NCBI GenBank assembly: GCA_037968615.1
Contig: JBBKVX010000061.1
Location: forward strand, 25,126 to 89,125
From: Rickettsiales bacterium
GTDB taxonomy: Bacteria > Pseudomonadota > Alphaproteobacteria > Rickettsiales > UBA3002
DNA length: 64,000 nucleotides
Direction of reading: 5' to 3'
Of the stretch, positions 1 to 8,527 are shown piece by piece. Numbering within the stretch: position 1 is the stretch's first letter; each line of letters begins with the position of its first letter. Made by a program: the position numbers and the translations under genes. The notes under the pieces are model-generated. The model was not told the DNA's origin. It saw only the letters and a list, made by a program, of their open reading frames with translations, and did no database searches.

Positions 1-232
1 CGTCCAGATCCAGCGCATGCGCGATGGTATCCGCCGCATCACCCACGTGTCGGAAGTGGTGGGCATGGAAGGCGACGTCATCATCACGCAGGATCTCTAT
101 ACGTTCGTGTTTCAGGGCGAAGACGAAAATGGGCGGCTGATCGGCGAGTTCAAATCCTCCGGCCTGCGTCCCAATTTCACTCAGCAAGCAGCGTATTATG
201 GGCTCGACAAGGCTTTGTTGGAGTTGATCTGA
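1..232 (+). CDS. cpaF: CpaF/TadA-type Tad pilus ATPase, C-terminal fragment (gene begins upstream of window)
   Basis: Frame is open from the window edge. The tail ...RRITHVSEVVGMEGDVIITQDLYTF...GLRPNF matches the conserved CpaF C-terminus. tadB starts on its stop codon (TGATG). Confidence 0.8.
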   Translation, partial: VQIQRMRDGIRRITHVSEVVGMEGDVIITQDLYTFVFQGEDENGRLIGEFKSSGLRPNFTQQAAYYGLDKALLELI

Positions 233-1203
233 TGGGCCTGCTCACCATGCCGGAACTGTGGGTCGGGGCGGCGTTGTTCGCGCTCATCGCCTACCTGTTG
301 TTCGGCCGCGACCCCAACGCAAAAAAACGCAAAGCGCGGCTGGCACGCGTCACCATGCGCGGCCCTCAGGCGCGGGCATTGGGCACCGAGTCGCTGCGCC
401 GCCGCGACCCGAACGAGGGCAGCGCCATTGGCAAAAGACTGGCCGGGTACAGCAGCATCGCCAAGCTGCGCGCGCGCCTCGATATGGCGGGCCTCGCCAT
501 TACCCCGCAGAAGCTGTTGGCCTACGCGGCAACCATCGCGCTGGGCACGCTGTTCGTGCTTTCGGTGATGCTGGGAAAATCGCTGCTCATCGGTTTGCTG
601 GTGGGCGTGGTGTTGGGGCTGGGCCTGCCGAATTTTTACATCAAACGCAAATTGCGCAAACGCCAAATGGCGTTCCTGAAACTGTTCCCAGAAGCCATCG
701 AACTGATGGTGCGCGGCCTTCGGGCGGGCTTGCCCATCGGCGAATCGTTCAATGTGGTGTCGCGTGAATTGCCGCCACCGATGGGCGATACCTTCGCCGT
801 CATCAGCCAGCAAACGGCGCTCGGCGTGCCGATGGAAAAAGCGCTGTCCGACGCGGCTGGCAAAATCGACCTGACGGAGTTCAACTTCTTCGTCACCACC
901 ATCATCATGCAGCGTGAAACAGGTGGGAATTTGGGCGAGATCCTGAGCAACCTCTCGGAAATGCTGCGCGCCCGGCAGATGATGAAACTAAAAATCGGCG
1001 CGTTGTCGTCGGAGGCGCGGGCCTCGGCCTACATTGTTGGTTTCCTGCCGTTCTTTGTGTGGGGCGCGCTCAGCATCATCTCGCCAGAATATCTGCACCC
1101 GCTCTATTATGATTACCGGGGCAACATGTCGCTGGCCGCGGCGGGGGGCATGATGTTCTTTGGCGGGTTCATCATGAAACGCATGACGCAGTTGGAAATA
1201 TGA
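232..1203 (+). CDS. tadB: Tad pilus inner-membrane platform protein TadB (T2SS-F family)
   Basis: 323 aa with N- and C-terminal TM segments and a GspF-like cytoplasmic domain (FPEAIELMVRGLRAGLP...). Lies between cpaF and tadC and is start/stop coupled to both. Confidence 0.8.
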   Translation: MGLLTMPELWVGAALFALIAYLLFGRDPNAKKRKARLARVTMRGPQARALGTESLRRRDPNEGSAIGKRLAGYSSIAKLRARLDMAGLAITPQKLLAYAATIALGTLFVLSVMLGKSLLIGLLVGVVLGLGLPNFYIKRKLRKRQMAFLKLFPEAIELMVRGLRAGLPIGESFNVVSRELPPPMGDTFAVISQQTALGVPMEKALSDAAGKIDLTEFNFFVTTIIMQRETGGNLGEILSNLSEMLRARQMMKLKIGALSSEARASAYIVGFLPFFVWGALSIISPEYLHPLYYDYRGNMSLAAAGGMMFFGGFIMKRMTQLEI

Positions 1204-2198
1204 ATCAGGGAGAAGCATTGCAGCTCAGCAGCCTCTTGCCGTTCGGCATGACCTTCGACGACGTGATCGTGTTGGCGGCGGCGCTGGCCATGTTTCTCAT
1301 CACCTGGTCGGTGGGGCAAATATTCATTGAGCGCGACAAATTCGCGCCGCGCCTCAAAGCCATTCAAGAGCGCCGCGCCGAACTGAAAGGTGAGATGATG
1401 ACTGCGCGCCGCCGCAGTCGTCGCGTCGGCAATGCCGATACGATGAGTTTCGTGCGCGGTGTGGTAGCGCAACTAAAATTGCTGCAACAGCATCAGGTGG
1501 GCCAGTTGCAAAACAAGCTGACGCAGGCGGGCTATCGCTCGAAGGACGCGGTGGTGGTGTTCGCCTTCGCCAAACTGGTAATGCCGTTTGTTGGCCTGGC
1601 GATTGGTTTTCTGCTGGCGGGCATCGACTGGTCGGACCCGTTCGACACAAGTCAGGCCACGGGCTGGCTCATCCTTCTTGGGCTGGGCTATTTCTGCGCG
1701 CGGTTGCCCGAGATACTGGTGGCGAACACCCGCTCGAAGCGCCATCATTCCATTCGCAAAACATTGCCCGACGCGCTCGATCTGATGATGATCTGTGCCG
1801 AGGCTGGCTTGTCGCTGGCGGCCGCCCTCGACCGCGTGTCCAAGGAGCTGGGCCGCATGAGCCCCGAACTGGCGGAGGAGTTCAGCCTGACCTCGGTGGA
1901 GCTGGGCTTCCTTCCCGAGCGATCCACGGCGTTAAAACATCTCGGCGAACGCGTGGACATCAAAGAAATGCGCGGGCTGGTGAACGTGATCGTGCAGACC
2001 GAGAAATACGGCACACCCATCGCGCAAGCGCTGCGTGTGCTAGCCAAAGAGTACCGCACCGAACGCATGTTGCGCGCCGAACAAAAAGCCGCACGCCTGC
2101 CCGCGATGATGACCGTGCCGATGATCGTGTTCATTTTGCCGACGCTGTTCATCATCGTCATCGCACCCGCCGCGATCAATGTGCTCGATACGATGTAA
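1200..2198 (+). CDS. tadC: Tad pilus inner-membrane platform protein TadC (T2SS-F family)
   Basis: 332 aa, paralogous to tadB (LPDALDLMMICAEAGLSL..., C-terminal TM pair). ATGA overlap with tadB. Confidence 0.8.
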   Translation: MNQGEALQLSSLLPFGMTFDDVIVLAAALAMFLITWSVGQIFIERDKFAPRLKAIQERRAELKGEMMTARRRSRRVGNADTMSFVRGVVAQLKLLQQHQVGQLQNKLTQAGYRSKDAVVVFAFAKLVMPFVGLAIGFLLAGIDWSDPFDTSQATGWLILLGLGYFCARLPEILVANTRSKRHHSIRKTLPDALDLMMICAEAGLSLAAALDRVSKELGRMSPELAEEFSLTSVELGFLPERSTALKHLGERVDIKEMRGLVNVIVQTEKYGTPIAQALRVLAKEYRTERMLRAEQKAARLPAMMTVPMIVFILPTLFIIVIAPAAINVLDTM

Positions 2199-2200
2199 GG

Positions 2201-2218
2201 CGAAGCGTTAGCGCTTCG
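2201..2218. terminator. Hairpin between convergent tadC and the TPR gene
   Basis: CGAAGCG-TTAG-CGCTTCG perfect 7-bp stem that spans the TPR gene stop codon. No clear U-run. Confidence 0.3.
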
Positions 2219-3017
2219 GGCCGCCCGGCGTGTTGGGTTTCGGCGTGGGTGGCGGCTCGTAGGCGATGTAACGGCGCAGTCGCTCCAGAGCCATTTTACG
2301 TTCTTCTTCCGTCATTTCCTTAGCCACCAGCGGCTTGGCTTCGCCGTTCTTGCCCAGCATGCCGTAAGCCAGCGCAAGATTGTGGCGTGTCACGGGCGAA
2401 GCGTTCGGTTTCTTCGCTTCGTCTTTTAATTGCTCCACGGCTTTTTTCGGTTCGTTGCTCAGCAAGTACGACATCCCAAGATTGGTTTTGACCATCGCCA
2501 GATCAAGTTCCGAATGCAGCGCAATGGCGCGTTGGTAGTAGCTTTGCGCGCGGGCATGTTCGCGCAGCATATCGTGCGCAATGCCGGCCGCGTTCAGCAG
2601 GTCGAAGCTTGCGGGCGCGTTCTCCAGCCCATTGTCGAATGCTTCGGCGGCTTCCTTGGGCCGGTTGTTGGTGAGGTGGATTTTACCCAGCAGGTAATTC
2701 ACTTCCGGCTGGCGCGGCTGCAGCCCAAGCGCACGCTCCAGCACGGGCTGTGCAAGAGCCGGTTGTTTTTGTGCGAGGTAGAGTTTGGCGAGGCTGAGAT
2801 GCGCCTCGACATGGCCGTGGCTCTGCGCGATGGCGCTTTGGTAATCGCGGATGGCGTTGGCGGTTTCGCCCGTGCGCTCGGCGCCGTTGGCGGCAGCGAG
2901 CAGCGCCTGTTCCTTGCCCGACATGGGCGCCAGCGTGGCCGGATTGACCGGGCCCGACGCGCCTTCACCGCAGGCGGTGAGAGCCAGAAGAGGGAGCAAA
3001 AGCAACAGGTGGCGCAT
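2208..3017 (-). CDS. TPR-repeat lipoprotein, TadD-like
   Basis: Lipoprotein signal MRHLLLLLPLLALTAC (lipobox LTAC). The body is TPR-like repeats (AxxxYxxAL.. pattern). Sits inside the Tad locus. Confidence 0.7.
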   Translation of the reverse strand: MRHLLLLLPLLALTACGEGASGPVNPATLAPMSGKEQALLAAANGAERTGETANAIRDYQSAIAQSHGHVEAHLSLAKLYLAQKQPALAQPVLERALGLQPRQPEVNYLLGKIHLTNNRPKEAAEAFDNGLENAPASFDLLNAAGIAHDMLREHARAQSYYQRAIALHSELDLAMVKTNLGMSYLLSNEPKKAVEQLKDEAKKPNASPVTRHNLALAYGMLGKNGEAKPLVAKEMTEEERKMALERLRRYIAYEPPPTPKPNTPGGPKR

Positions 3018-3203
3018 GTTCTATCCTCGTAAGTGGTGCCTTCTTATGTACTCGCTTTGCGCCCTAAAAGCGAGCGCAATTGCAGAAGAATTGATACAGA
3101 TTCTACTAAAATTGCGCAAACATTTCAGCATCTTGGCATGAGGTTTCTACTGACCGAGCGGGCTTTTTCTGCTATAACAGGTGCTGAAATTCAGGGAAAC
3201 TCC

Positions 3204-3782
3204 ATGCATCCTCTCCCCCACCGTCCATCTGCTCTGCCGCGCTTCGCTCGCTGCCAAAGCGGGGTCACGGCCATCGAGTTCGCGGTGATTGCGCCGGTGC
3301 TGCTGCTGATGATGTTCAGCATCCTCGAATTTTCACTCATCATGCTCACCACCAACATCATGGAAAGTGCGACCTCGATCTCCTCGCGCCTCGGCAAGAC
3401 CGGCCACGCCGATGCGGGCGTCAGCCGCGAAGACACCATCCTTGCCGCCATCCGCGAGCGCGCGGGCGTGCTGATCAACACTGAGAACCTGTCCATCACC
3501 TCGAAATACTACGAACAGTTCGACGAGATCGGCGATGCCGAACCGTGGAACGACACCAACCATAACGGCGTACCCAATGCGGGCGAATGGACCGACATCA
3601 ATGGCAATGGGGTATACGACGCCGATCTCGGACAAGCCGGATACGGCAACGCCGACGACATCGTGGTCTACACCGTCACCTATCCATGGAGCGTCGCCAC
3701 CCCCATCATGCGCGAATTCATCGGCCATGATGGCATCTTCAACATCACCACCCATGCGGTCGTAAAAAATGAACCGTACTAA
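3204..3782 (+). CDS. TadE-like pseudopilin
   Basis: N-terminus GVTAIEFAVIAPVLLLMMFSILEFSL is the TadE/TadG-family motif. Start chosen at the ATG at 3204 (ORF opens at 3033). Has a D/N/G-rich insert DTNHNGVPNAGEWTDINGNGVYDADLG. Confidence 0.7.
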   Translation: MHPLPHRPSALPRFARCQSGVTAIEFAVIAPVLLLMMFSILEFSLIMLTTNIMESATSISSRLGKTGHADAGVSREDTILAAIRERAGVLINTENLSITSKYYEQFDEIGDAEPWNDTNHNGVPNAGEWTDINGNGVYDADLGQAGYGNADDIVVYTVTYPWSVATPIMREFIGHDGIFNITTHAVVKNEPY

Positions 3783-4413
3783 TACAATGCGTCCCGCTCG
3801 ACCTGCGGGCCTCGCAATGCTGCGCCGTTTCGCGGGCTCATGGCTGGTTCGCGCTGCTGCGCTTCCATCACGGGTTGCGCGCCATGAGGGCGGCTTGGCC
3901 GTGGTGGAATTCGCCATCATGCTGCCGGTACTGATGACATTGTTCTATGGTTGCATCGAAACCACGCGCTTCATTCTGGTGACACAAAAAGCCGAGAAGC
4001 TGGCCCATACCGTGGCCGACGTGACCGCGCAATCGGCGACGGTGACCACCGCCAACCTGGACCGGCTGATGGAAGCCACGAACGACATCATGCAGCCATT
4101 TCCGTTCCACGACGACGGCGTCGTGCTGATCAGTTCGTTGTACCGCACGCAGGGCAGCACCTCGGTGCCGCGCGTGAACTGGCGTTACGGCGGGGGCGGC
4201 GATCTCGTAGCCACCAGCGCGTTCGGTGCGGTAGGGTCTACGCCGGTCATGCCCGCCGGGTTCACCTTCGAGGAGCGCGAAAACGTGATCGTGGCCGAAG
4301 TGTTCTTCCGTTGGCGGCCCCTCATTTCGAACGATTTCTTCGGCACGCAAATCATCTATCGGCAAGCGTATTACAAACCGCGTTTCGGCGCGCTCATCAA
4401 CGCTCCGGTCTAG
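3769..4413 (+). CDS. TadE/TadF-like pseudopilin
   Basis: GGLAVVEFAIMLPVLMTLFYGCIETTRF TadE-type N-terminal segment. Overlaps the previous gene by 14 nt. An internal start is possible. Confidence 0.65.
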   Translation: MNRTNTMRPARPAGLAMLRRFAGSWLVRAAALPSRVARHEGGLAVVEFAIMLPVLMTLFYGCIETTRFILVTQKAEKLAHTVADVTAQSATVTTANLDRLMEATNDIMQPFPFHDDGVVLISSLYRTQGSTSVPRVNWRYGGGGDLVATSAFGAVGSTPVMPAGFTFEERENVIVAEVFFRWRPLISNDFFGTQIIYRQAYYKPRFGALINAPV

Positions 4414-4420
4414 GAGGCTT

Positions 4421-5965
4421 ATGCGACACAAAGGCAGTTTTCTGCGCCGCCTATGGCGCAACGAACAAGGCAGCGTCTTCGTGATGGCGGCGCTGGGCGC
4501 GCTCGCCGTTATCGGCTCGGTTGGGCTGGCGGTGGATGTGGGGCGCGCGCAAATGGCCGAGAACAAATTGCAGAACGCGGTCGATGCCGCCGGTCTGGCG
4601 GCGGGCGCCAGCATCAACAGCGCCGATCTCGATACGGTGGTGAACAAATACCTCGCGCTCAATTTCACGCAAGGCAATCTCGGTGCGGTCATCACCAGCG
4701 TGCATCCCGTCCTCAGCAGCGACGGCCAGTTGCTTAACGTGACCGCGACCGCGACGCTCGACACCACCTTTATGAAAATTTTTGGTTACAACACCGTGAC
4801 CCTGAGCGCGGAAACCGAGATCACTCGCACCAACAAAGGCATGGAGCTGGCCATGGTGCTGGACACGACCGGCTCCATGGGCGGCTCGAAAATCACCGCG
4901 CTGAAAGGCGCGGCGAACGACCTGCTCGACATTCTCTATGGCGACGCAGCGAACTCCGAAAACCTGTGGGTGGGGGTGGTGCCGTTCAGCCAGGCGGTGA
5001 ATGTGGGCAGCAGTCACACCAACTGGCTCGACAGCGCGCATTACGCCAGCCTGGATTGGGGCCCCACCAGCTGGGGAGGCTGTGTTGAAGCGCGTTATGC
5101 GAACGGTAACGACGTGACGGACGCGCCGCCCAATCCTGGCACGTTGCCCGGCAGCGAAAAATTCAAAGCCTATTACTGGGAGAACCATAACAGTTACAAT
5201 AAATGGATCGTCACGGGCACCAGCACCAACACCACCACCATCTGCAACCGCAACAACTCCTGCACCTGCAACAATTATGGCCCCTGCACCACCAGCAGCA
5301 GCGGCGCCGACACCATCACCATCGCCTGCAGCGGCTCGGGCAGCAACCGCAGCTGCACGAAGAAAACCGTATCGCCGACCACCAACTACGTGATCGACAG
5401 CGACCACGGCCCGAACAAATACTGCCCCAGCGCCCTGACGCAACTGAGCAGCCAGAAAGCAGACGCGGTGGCTGGCATCGATGCGCTGGTGGCGCGCGGC
5501 AACACGCATGTGAGCGAAGGCGCGGCATGGGGCTACCGCCTGCTGAGCCCCAACTGGCGCGGCCTATGGGGCGGCAGCATGGACAGCAACAGCCTGCCGC
5601 TCGATTTCAATACGCCGCTCATGGTGAAAGCCGCCATCATCATGACCGATGGCGAGAACACCATCAGCAGCTCGGTGGACGGCGCCTACGATTACCTGTC
5701 CGACGGGCGACTGGGCACCACCAACAGCTCAACGGCGGTGACCCGGCTGAACGACAGACTCTCCAGCGTCTGCACTTCCATGAAGGCGCAGGGCATTCTG
5801 GTCTATACCGTGGTGTTCGATCTCAACAGCAGTTCGGTAGCCACACTGATGCGCAACTGCGCCAGCAGCCCCGACCATTATTTCGATTCTCCCGACGAAG
5901 CGACGCTGAAGAAAGCCTTCCGCACCATTGGCGACAGCCTCGCCAACCTGCGCATCAGCCATTAA
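4421..5965 (+). CDS. TadG-like pilus assembly protein with vWA domain
   Basis: N-terminus GSVFVMAALGALAVIGSVGLAVDVGRA is TadG-like. MIDAS-like motif VLDTTGSMGG and a vWA-like C-terminal half. Has a T/S/N/C-rich insert (TSTNTTTICNRNNSCTCNNYGPCTTSSSG...). Confidence 0.7.
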   Translation: MRHKGSFLRRLWRNEQGSVFVMAALGALAVIGSVGLAVDVGRAQMAENKLQNAVDAAGLAAGASINSADLDTVVNKYLALNFTQGNLGAVITSVHPVLSSDGQLLNVTATATLDTTFMKIFGYNTVTLSAETEITRTNKGMELAMVLDTTGSMGGSKITALKGAANDLLDILYGDAANSENLWVGVVPFSQAVNVGSSHTNWLDSAHYASLDWGPTSWGGCVEARYANGNDVTDAPPNPGTLPGSEKFKAYYWENHNSYNKWIVTGTSTNTTTICNRNNSCTCNNYGPCTTSSSGADTITIACSGSGSNRSCTKKTVSPTTNYVIDSDHGPNKYCPSALTQLSSQKADAVAGIDALVARGNTHVSEGAAWGYRLLSPNWRGLWGGSMDSNSLPLDFNTPLMVKAAIIMTDGENTISSSVDGAYDYLSDGRLGTTNSSTAVTRLNDRLSSVCTSMKAQGILVYTVVFDLNSSSVATLMRNCASSPDHYFDSPDEATLKKAFRTIGDSLANLRISH

Positions 5966-6070
5966 TGCATCTATTTTTGGATAAGTTTTTGGGGATGGGA
6001 CGCGTTATCTTGTTGTCCAAACCCCCACGGGTTCATTATACGTGGGGCAGCCATCAGTGGGAGACAAGAT

Positions 6071-6844
6071 TTGAAACGCCGCGCATGCAGCTTGCATCGT
6101 ACCTTCGGGCTTCTCGGCGCCTGCGTCCTGCTTGCGGGATGTGAAGGAAATTTCGACACCGCCTCGTTGCGCAATAATCAAATGGTTGCTGCTTTGAGCA
6201 CGCTCCCGGCTGCTTTCACCAAAACCGAATTCGGCAGTGCGTTCCAGTGGCCCTCGCCGCCCGTACGCGTAGCGGGAGAGGGCGCGCCCTTGGATGCCGC
6301 GCCTGCGTCCGTGCTCGAAAGCAATACCACCGCTTCCGTGAGCGTGCCGCAAGCCGCCACTGTCGAGCCCGGCACCATCCTTTCCAAAACCACCGCCCCG
6401 AATGGCATTACCACCGAAGTGTCGCAATCCATCGCCGCGCCGGTGATCCCGGTGGCCGCCGACGCCAAAGATCTGCCGCAGGAAAAAATGGCGACCCCCG
6501 CCATACTCAAGAAATCCGAACCCGAGCCAAGCCTGCTCGACAAGCTTCACGATTTGCTGGTCGAAGCCAAGGTGGGGCAAACGGTGGCGGTCGCACCAAC
6601 GAGCCCCAATGCCCCGAACCCCAAACTCTCGGTGCTGGAAGAATACGATGCGGCGAGCGGCGAACGCTGCCGTCGCTTTGCTTGGTTCGAGGCCGATACG
6701 GAGCGCGGCATCATTCAAACGGCTTGCCGGGTGAACGATGAGGGCGAGTGGGTTGCATTGCGCTCGATGAGCCACGAAACCATGTCGCCGCTGGCTACTT
6801 TGCCGCCAAGCGCCACCGCGCTGCTGCATCAGGAACAAAAATAA
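6071..6844 (+). CDS. Lipoprotein of unknown function, translationally coupled to kpsD
   Basis: Signal peptide with lipobox LLAGC. Its stop overlaps the kpsD ATG (TAATG). The C-terminus ERCRRFAWFE...TACRVNDEGEWV resembles 17-kDa surface-antigen-type domains from memory. Confidence 0.55.
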   Translation: MKRRACSLHRTFGLLGACVLLAGCEGNFDTASLRNNQMVAALSTLPAAFTKTEFGSAFQWPSPPVRVAGEGAPLDAAPASVLESNTTASVSVPQAATVEPGTILSKTTAPNGITTEVSQSIAAPVIPVAADAKDLPQEKMATPAILKKSEPEPSLLDKLHDLLVEAKVGQTVAVAPTSPNAPNPKLSVLEEYDAASGERCRRFAWFEADTERGIIQTACRVNDEGEWVALRSMSHETMSPLATLPPSATALLHQEQK

Positions 6845-8526
6845 TGCGTGCGTTTGGCATGGCACTTGGGGCGGCGGTCTGCATGTTCGCCGCTGCTGCC
6901 TTCGCAGAAACCGCACCATCCACCACCATGTCGCCGCTGCAATCCCAACAGCCGGTGCCGCGCATGCCGCCCACTGCGAATGCTGCGCCCCTCGGCATGC
7001 CGTTCGCTGCGCCACCCGCTGCGCCGGTCGGCGCGCAGCCCGGCGATCCGTTCGGCGCCAATCTTTTTGCCGGCCAGTTCGCGGGCGCCAACCGTCTCGG
7101 CCTGAACCCCACATACAAGGTCCAGCCCGGCGACATCGTGTCGGTGTCGATGTGGGGCGGTGGCGATGCCGACGCAACTTCTAGCCTGCCAGTGGATGCG
7201 CAGGGCATGATCTTCATTCCCAGCGTTGGGCCGGTGAAAGTGGCGGGGGTGGAGCAGGGCAAACTGAACCAGACCATCTCTCATCAAGTCTCGAAATATT
7301 ACCAGGACACGGTAAAGGTTTACAGCACGCTGCAGGGCGCACAGGCCGTGGCGGTGTACGTGACGGGTGGCGTGTTCAGCCCCGGCCGCTATGGCGGCGA
7401 TGCCTCGGACAGCCTGTTGCAATATCTTGATCGTGCCATGGGCATCGACCGCGAACGCGGCAGCTACCGCACCATCGATGTGCTGCGCGACGACAAAAAA
7501 ATCGCCAGCGTCGATATCTACCAATTCTTGCTTTACGGCACGATCCCGCATGTGGATCTGAGAGAGAACGATGTGATCTTCGTGCATGGGCTGGCGCGCA
7601 CCGTGATGGTGAGTGGCGCAGTGCAGAACCCGTATCGGTTCGAATTCACTTCCCCCACCATCGGCGGTGCTGAATTGATCGAAATGGCGCGCCCGACGCC
7701 GCAAGCCACCAACGCCATCGTCACCGGTATTCGCGACGGGCAGGGCTTCGCCAGCTATCTCAGCCTCTCCGATCTCGCCAACACCGACATCTATGAGGGC
7801 GACGCCGTTGAGTTCAAGGCGGGTACGCTGACCGCTACGTTGAGCGTCACCATCGAAGGGGAGCATCTGGGCCCACAAGTAGTGGTGGCTCCCGCCGACG
7901 CGCACGTGACCGAAGTGCTGCGTCATGTGCGCATCGACAAAAAACTGGCCGACATCGATTCCATTTACCTACGCCGCAAGTCGGTAGCGGCGCGCCAGAA
8001 AATCGCGCTTCATGAATCGCTGCGGCGCCTCGAAGAATCAGTGCTCTCCGCACAGCCGACCACCGAGCTGGATTCCAGAATACTGAGCGAAGAATCCAAC
8101 CGCATCCAGCTGTTCGTGAAACGTGCAGCGGAGGTGGAGCCGGAAGGTCGCGTCGTTATTACCGAGGATGGCGAATTGCGCGATATCGCGCTGGAGGATG
8201 GCGACACCATCGTCATCCCGCGCAGCACCAACCTGGTGATGGTGAACGGCGAAGTGACCATGCCGAAGGCCGTGGTCTACAAAAAAGGCGAAGGGCCCGA
8301 TTATTACATCGAGCGCGCGGGCGGCTATACCGAACGCGCCGACGAAGGCCGCCTGGTGCTTGCCCGCCTCAACGGCGAAACGCTTGCCGACAGCTCTGAC
8401 GTGCAGCCCGGCGACGAGATCATCGTGATGCCGGAAGTGGGCTTCTCGCAATTGCAAGTGACGAAGGATGTCGTGGATATCCTTTACAAGGTGGCGATTG
8501 CGATTGCCATACCGTTGCGCTTCTAA
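6844..8526 (+). CDS. kpsD: Polysaccharide export protein, KpsD/Wza-like (OPX family)
   Basis: Signal peptide MRAFGMALGAAVCMFAAAAFA. Poly_export-like motif YKVQPGDIVSVSMWG plus repeated SLBB-like segments (GDTIVIP, GDEIIVMP). Heads the kps block. Start taken at the ATG at 6844. Confidence 0.7.
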   Translation: MRAFGMALGAAVCMFAAAAFAETAPSTTMSPLQSQQPVPRMPPTANAAPLGMPFAAPPAAPVGAQPGDPFGANLFAGQFAGANRLGLNPTYKVQPGDIVSVSMWGGGDADATSSLPVDAQGMIFIPSVGPVKVAGVEQGKLNQTISHQVSKYYQDTVKVYSTLQGAQAVAVYVTGGVFSPGRYGGDASDSLLQYLDRAMGIDRERGSYRTIDVLRDDKKIASVDIYQFLLYGTIPHVDLRENDVIFVHGLARTVMVSGAVQNPYRFEFTSPTIGGAELIEMARPTPQATNAIVTGIRDGQGFASYLSLSDLANTDIYEGDAVEFKAGTLTATLSVTIEGEHLGPQVVVAPADAHVTEVLRHVRIDKKLADIDSIYLRRKSVAARQKIALHESLRRLEESVLSAQPTTELDSRILSEESNRIQLFVKRAAEVEPEGRVVITEDGELRDIALEDGDTIVIPRSTNLVMVNGEVTMPKAVVYKKGEGPDYYIERAGGYTERADEGRLVLARLNGETLADSSDVQPGDEIIVMPEVGFSQLQVTKDVVDILYKVAIAIAIPLRF

Positions 8527-8527
8527 C

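Noticed and set aside
5203-6144. 313-aa His/Gln/Arg-rich ORF in an alternative frame of the TadG-like gene.
   Set aside because: It is a same-strand alternate frame of a gene with clear TadG and vWA motifs. The low-complexity HHHH/QQQ runs come from translating the T/S/N-rich insert out of frame.
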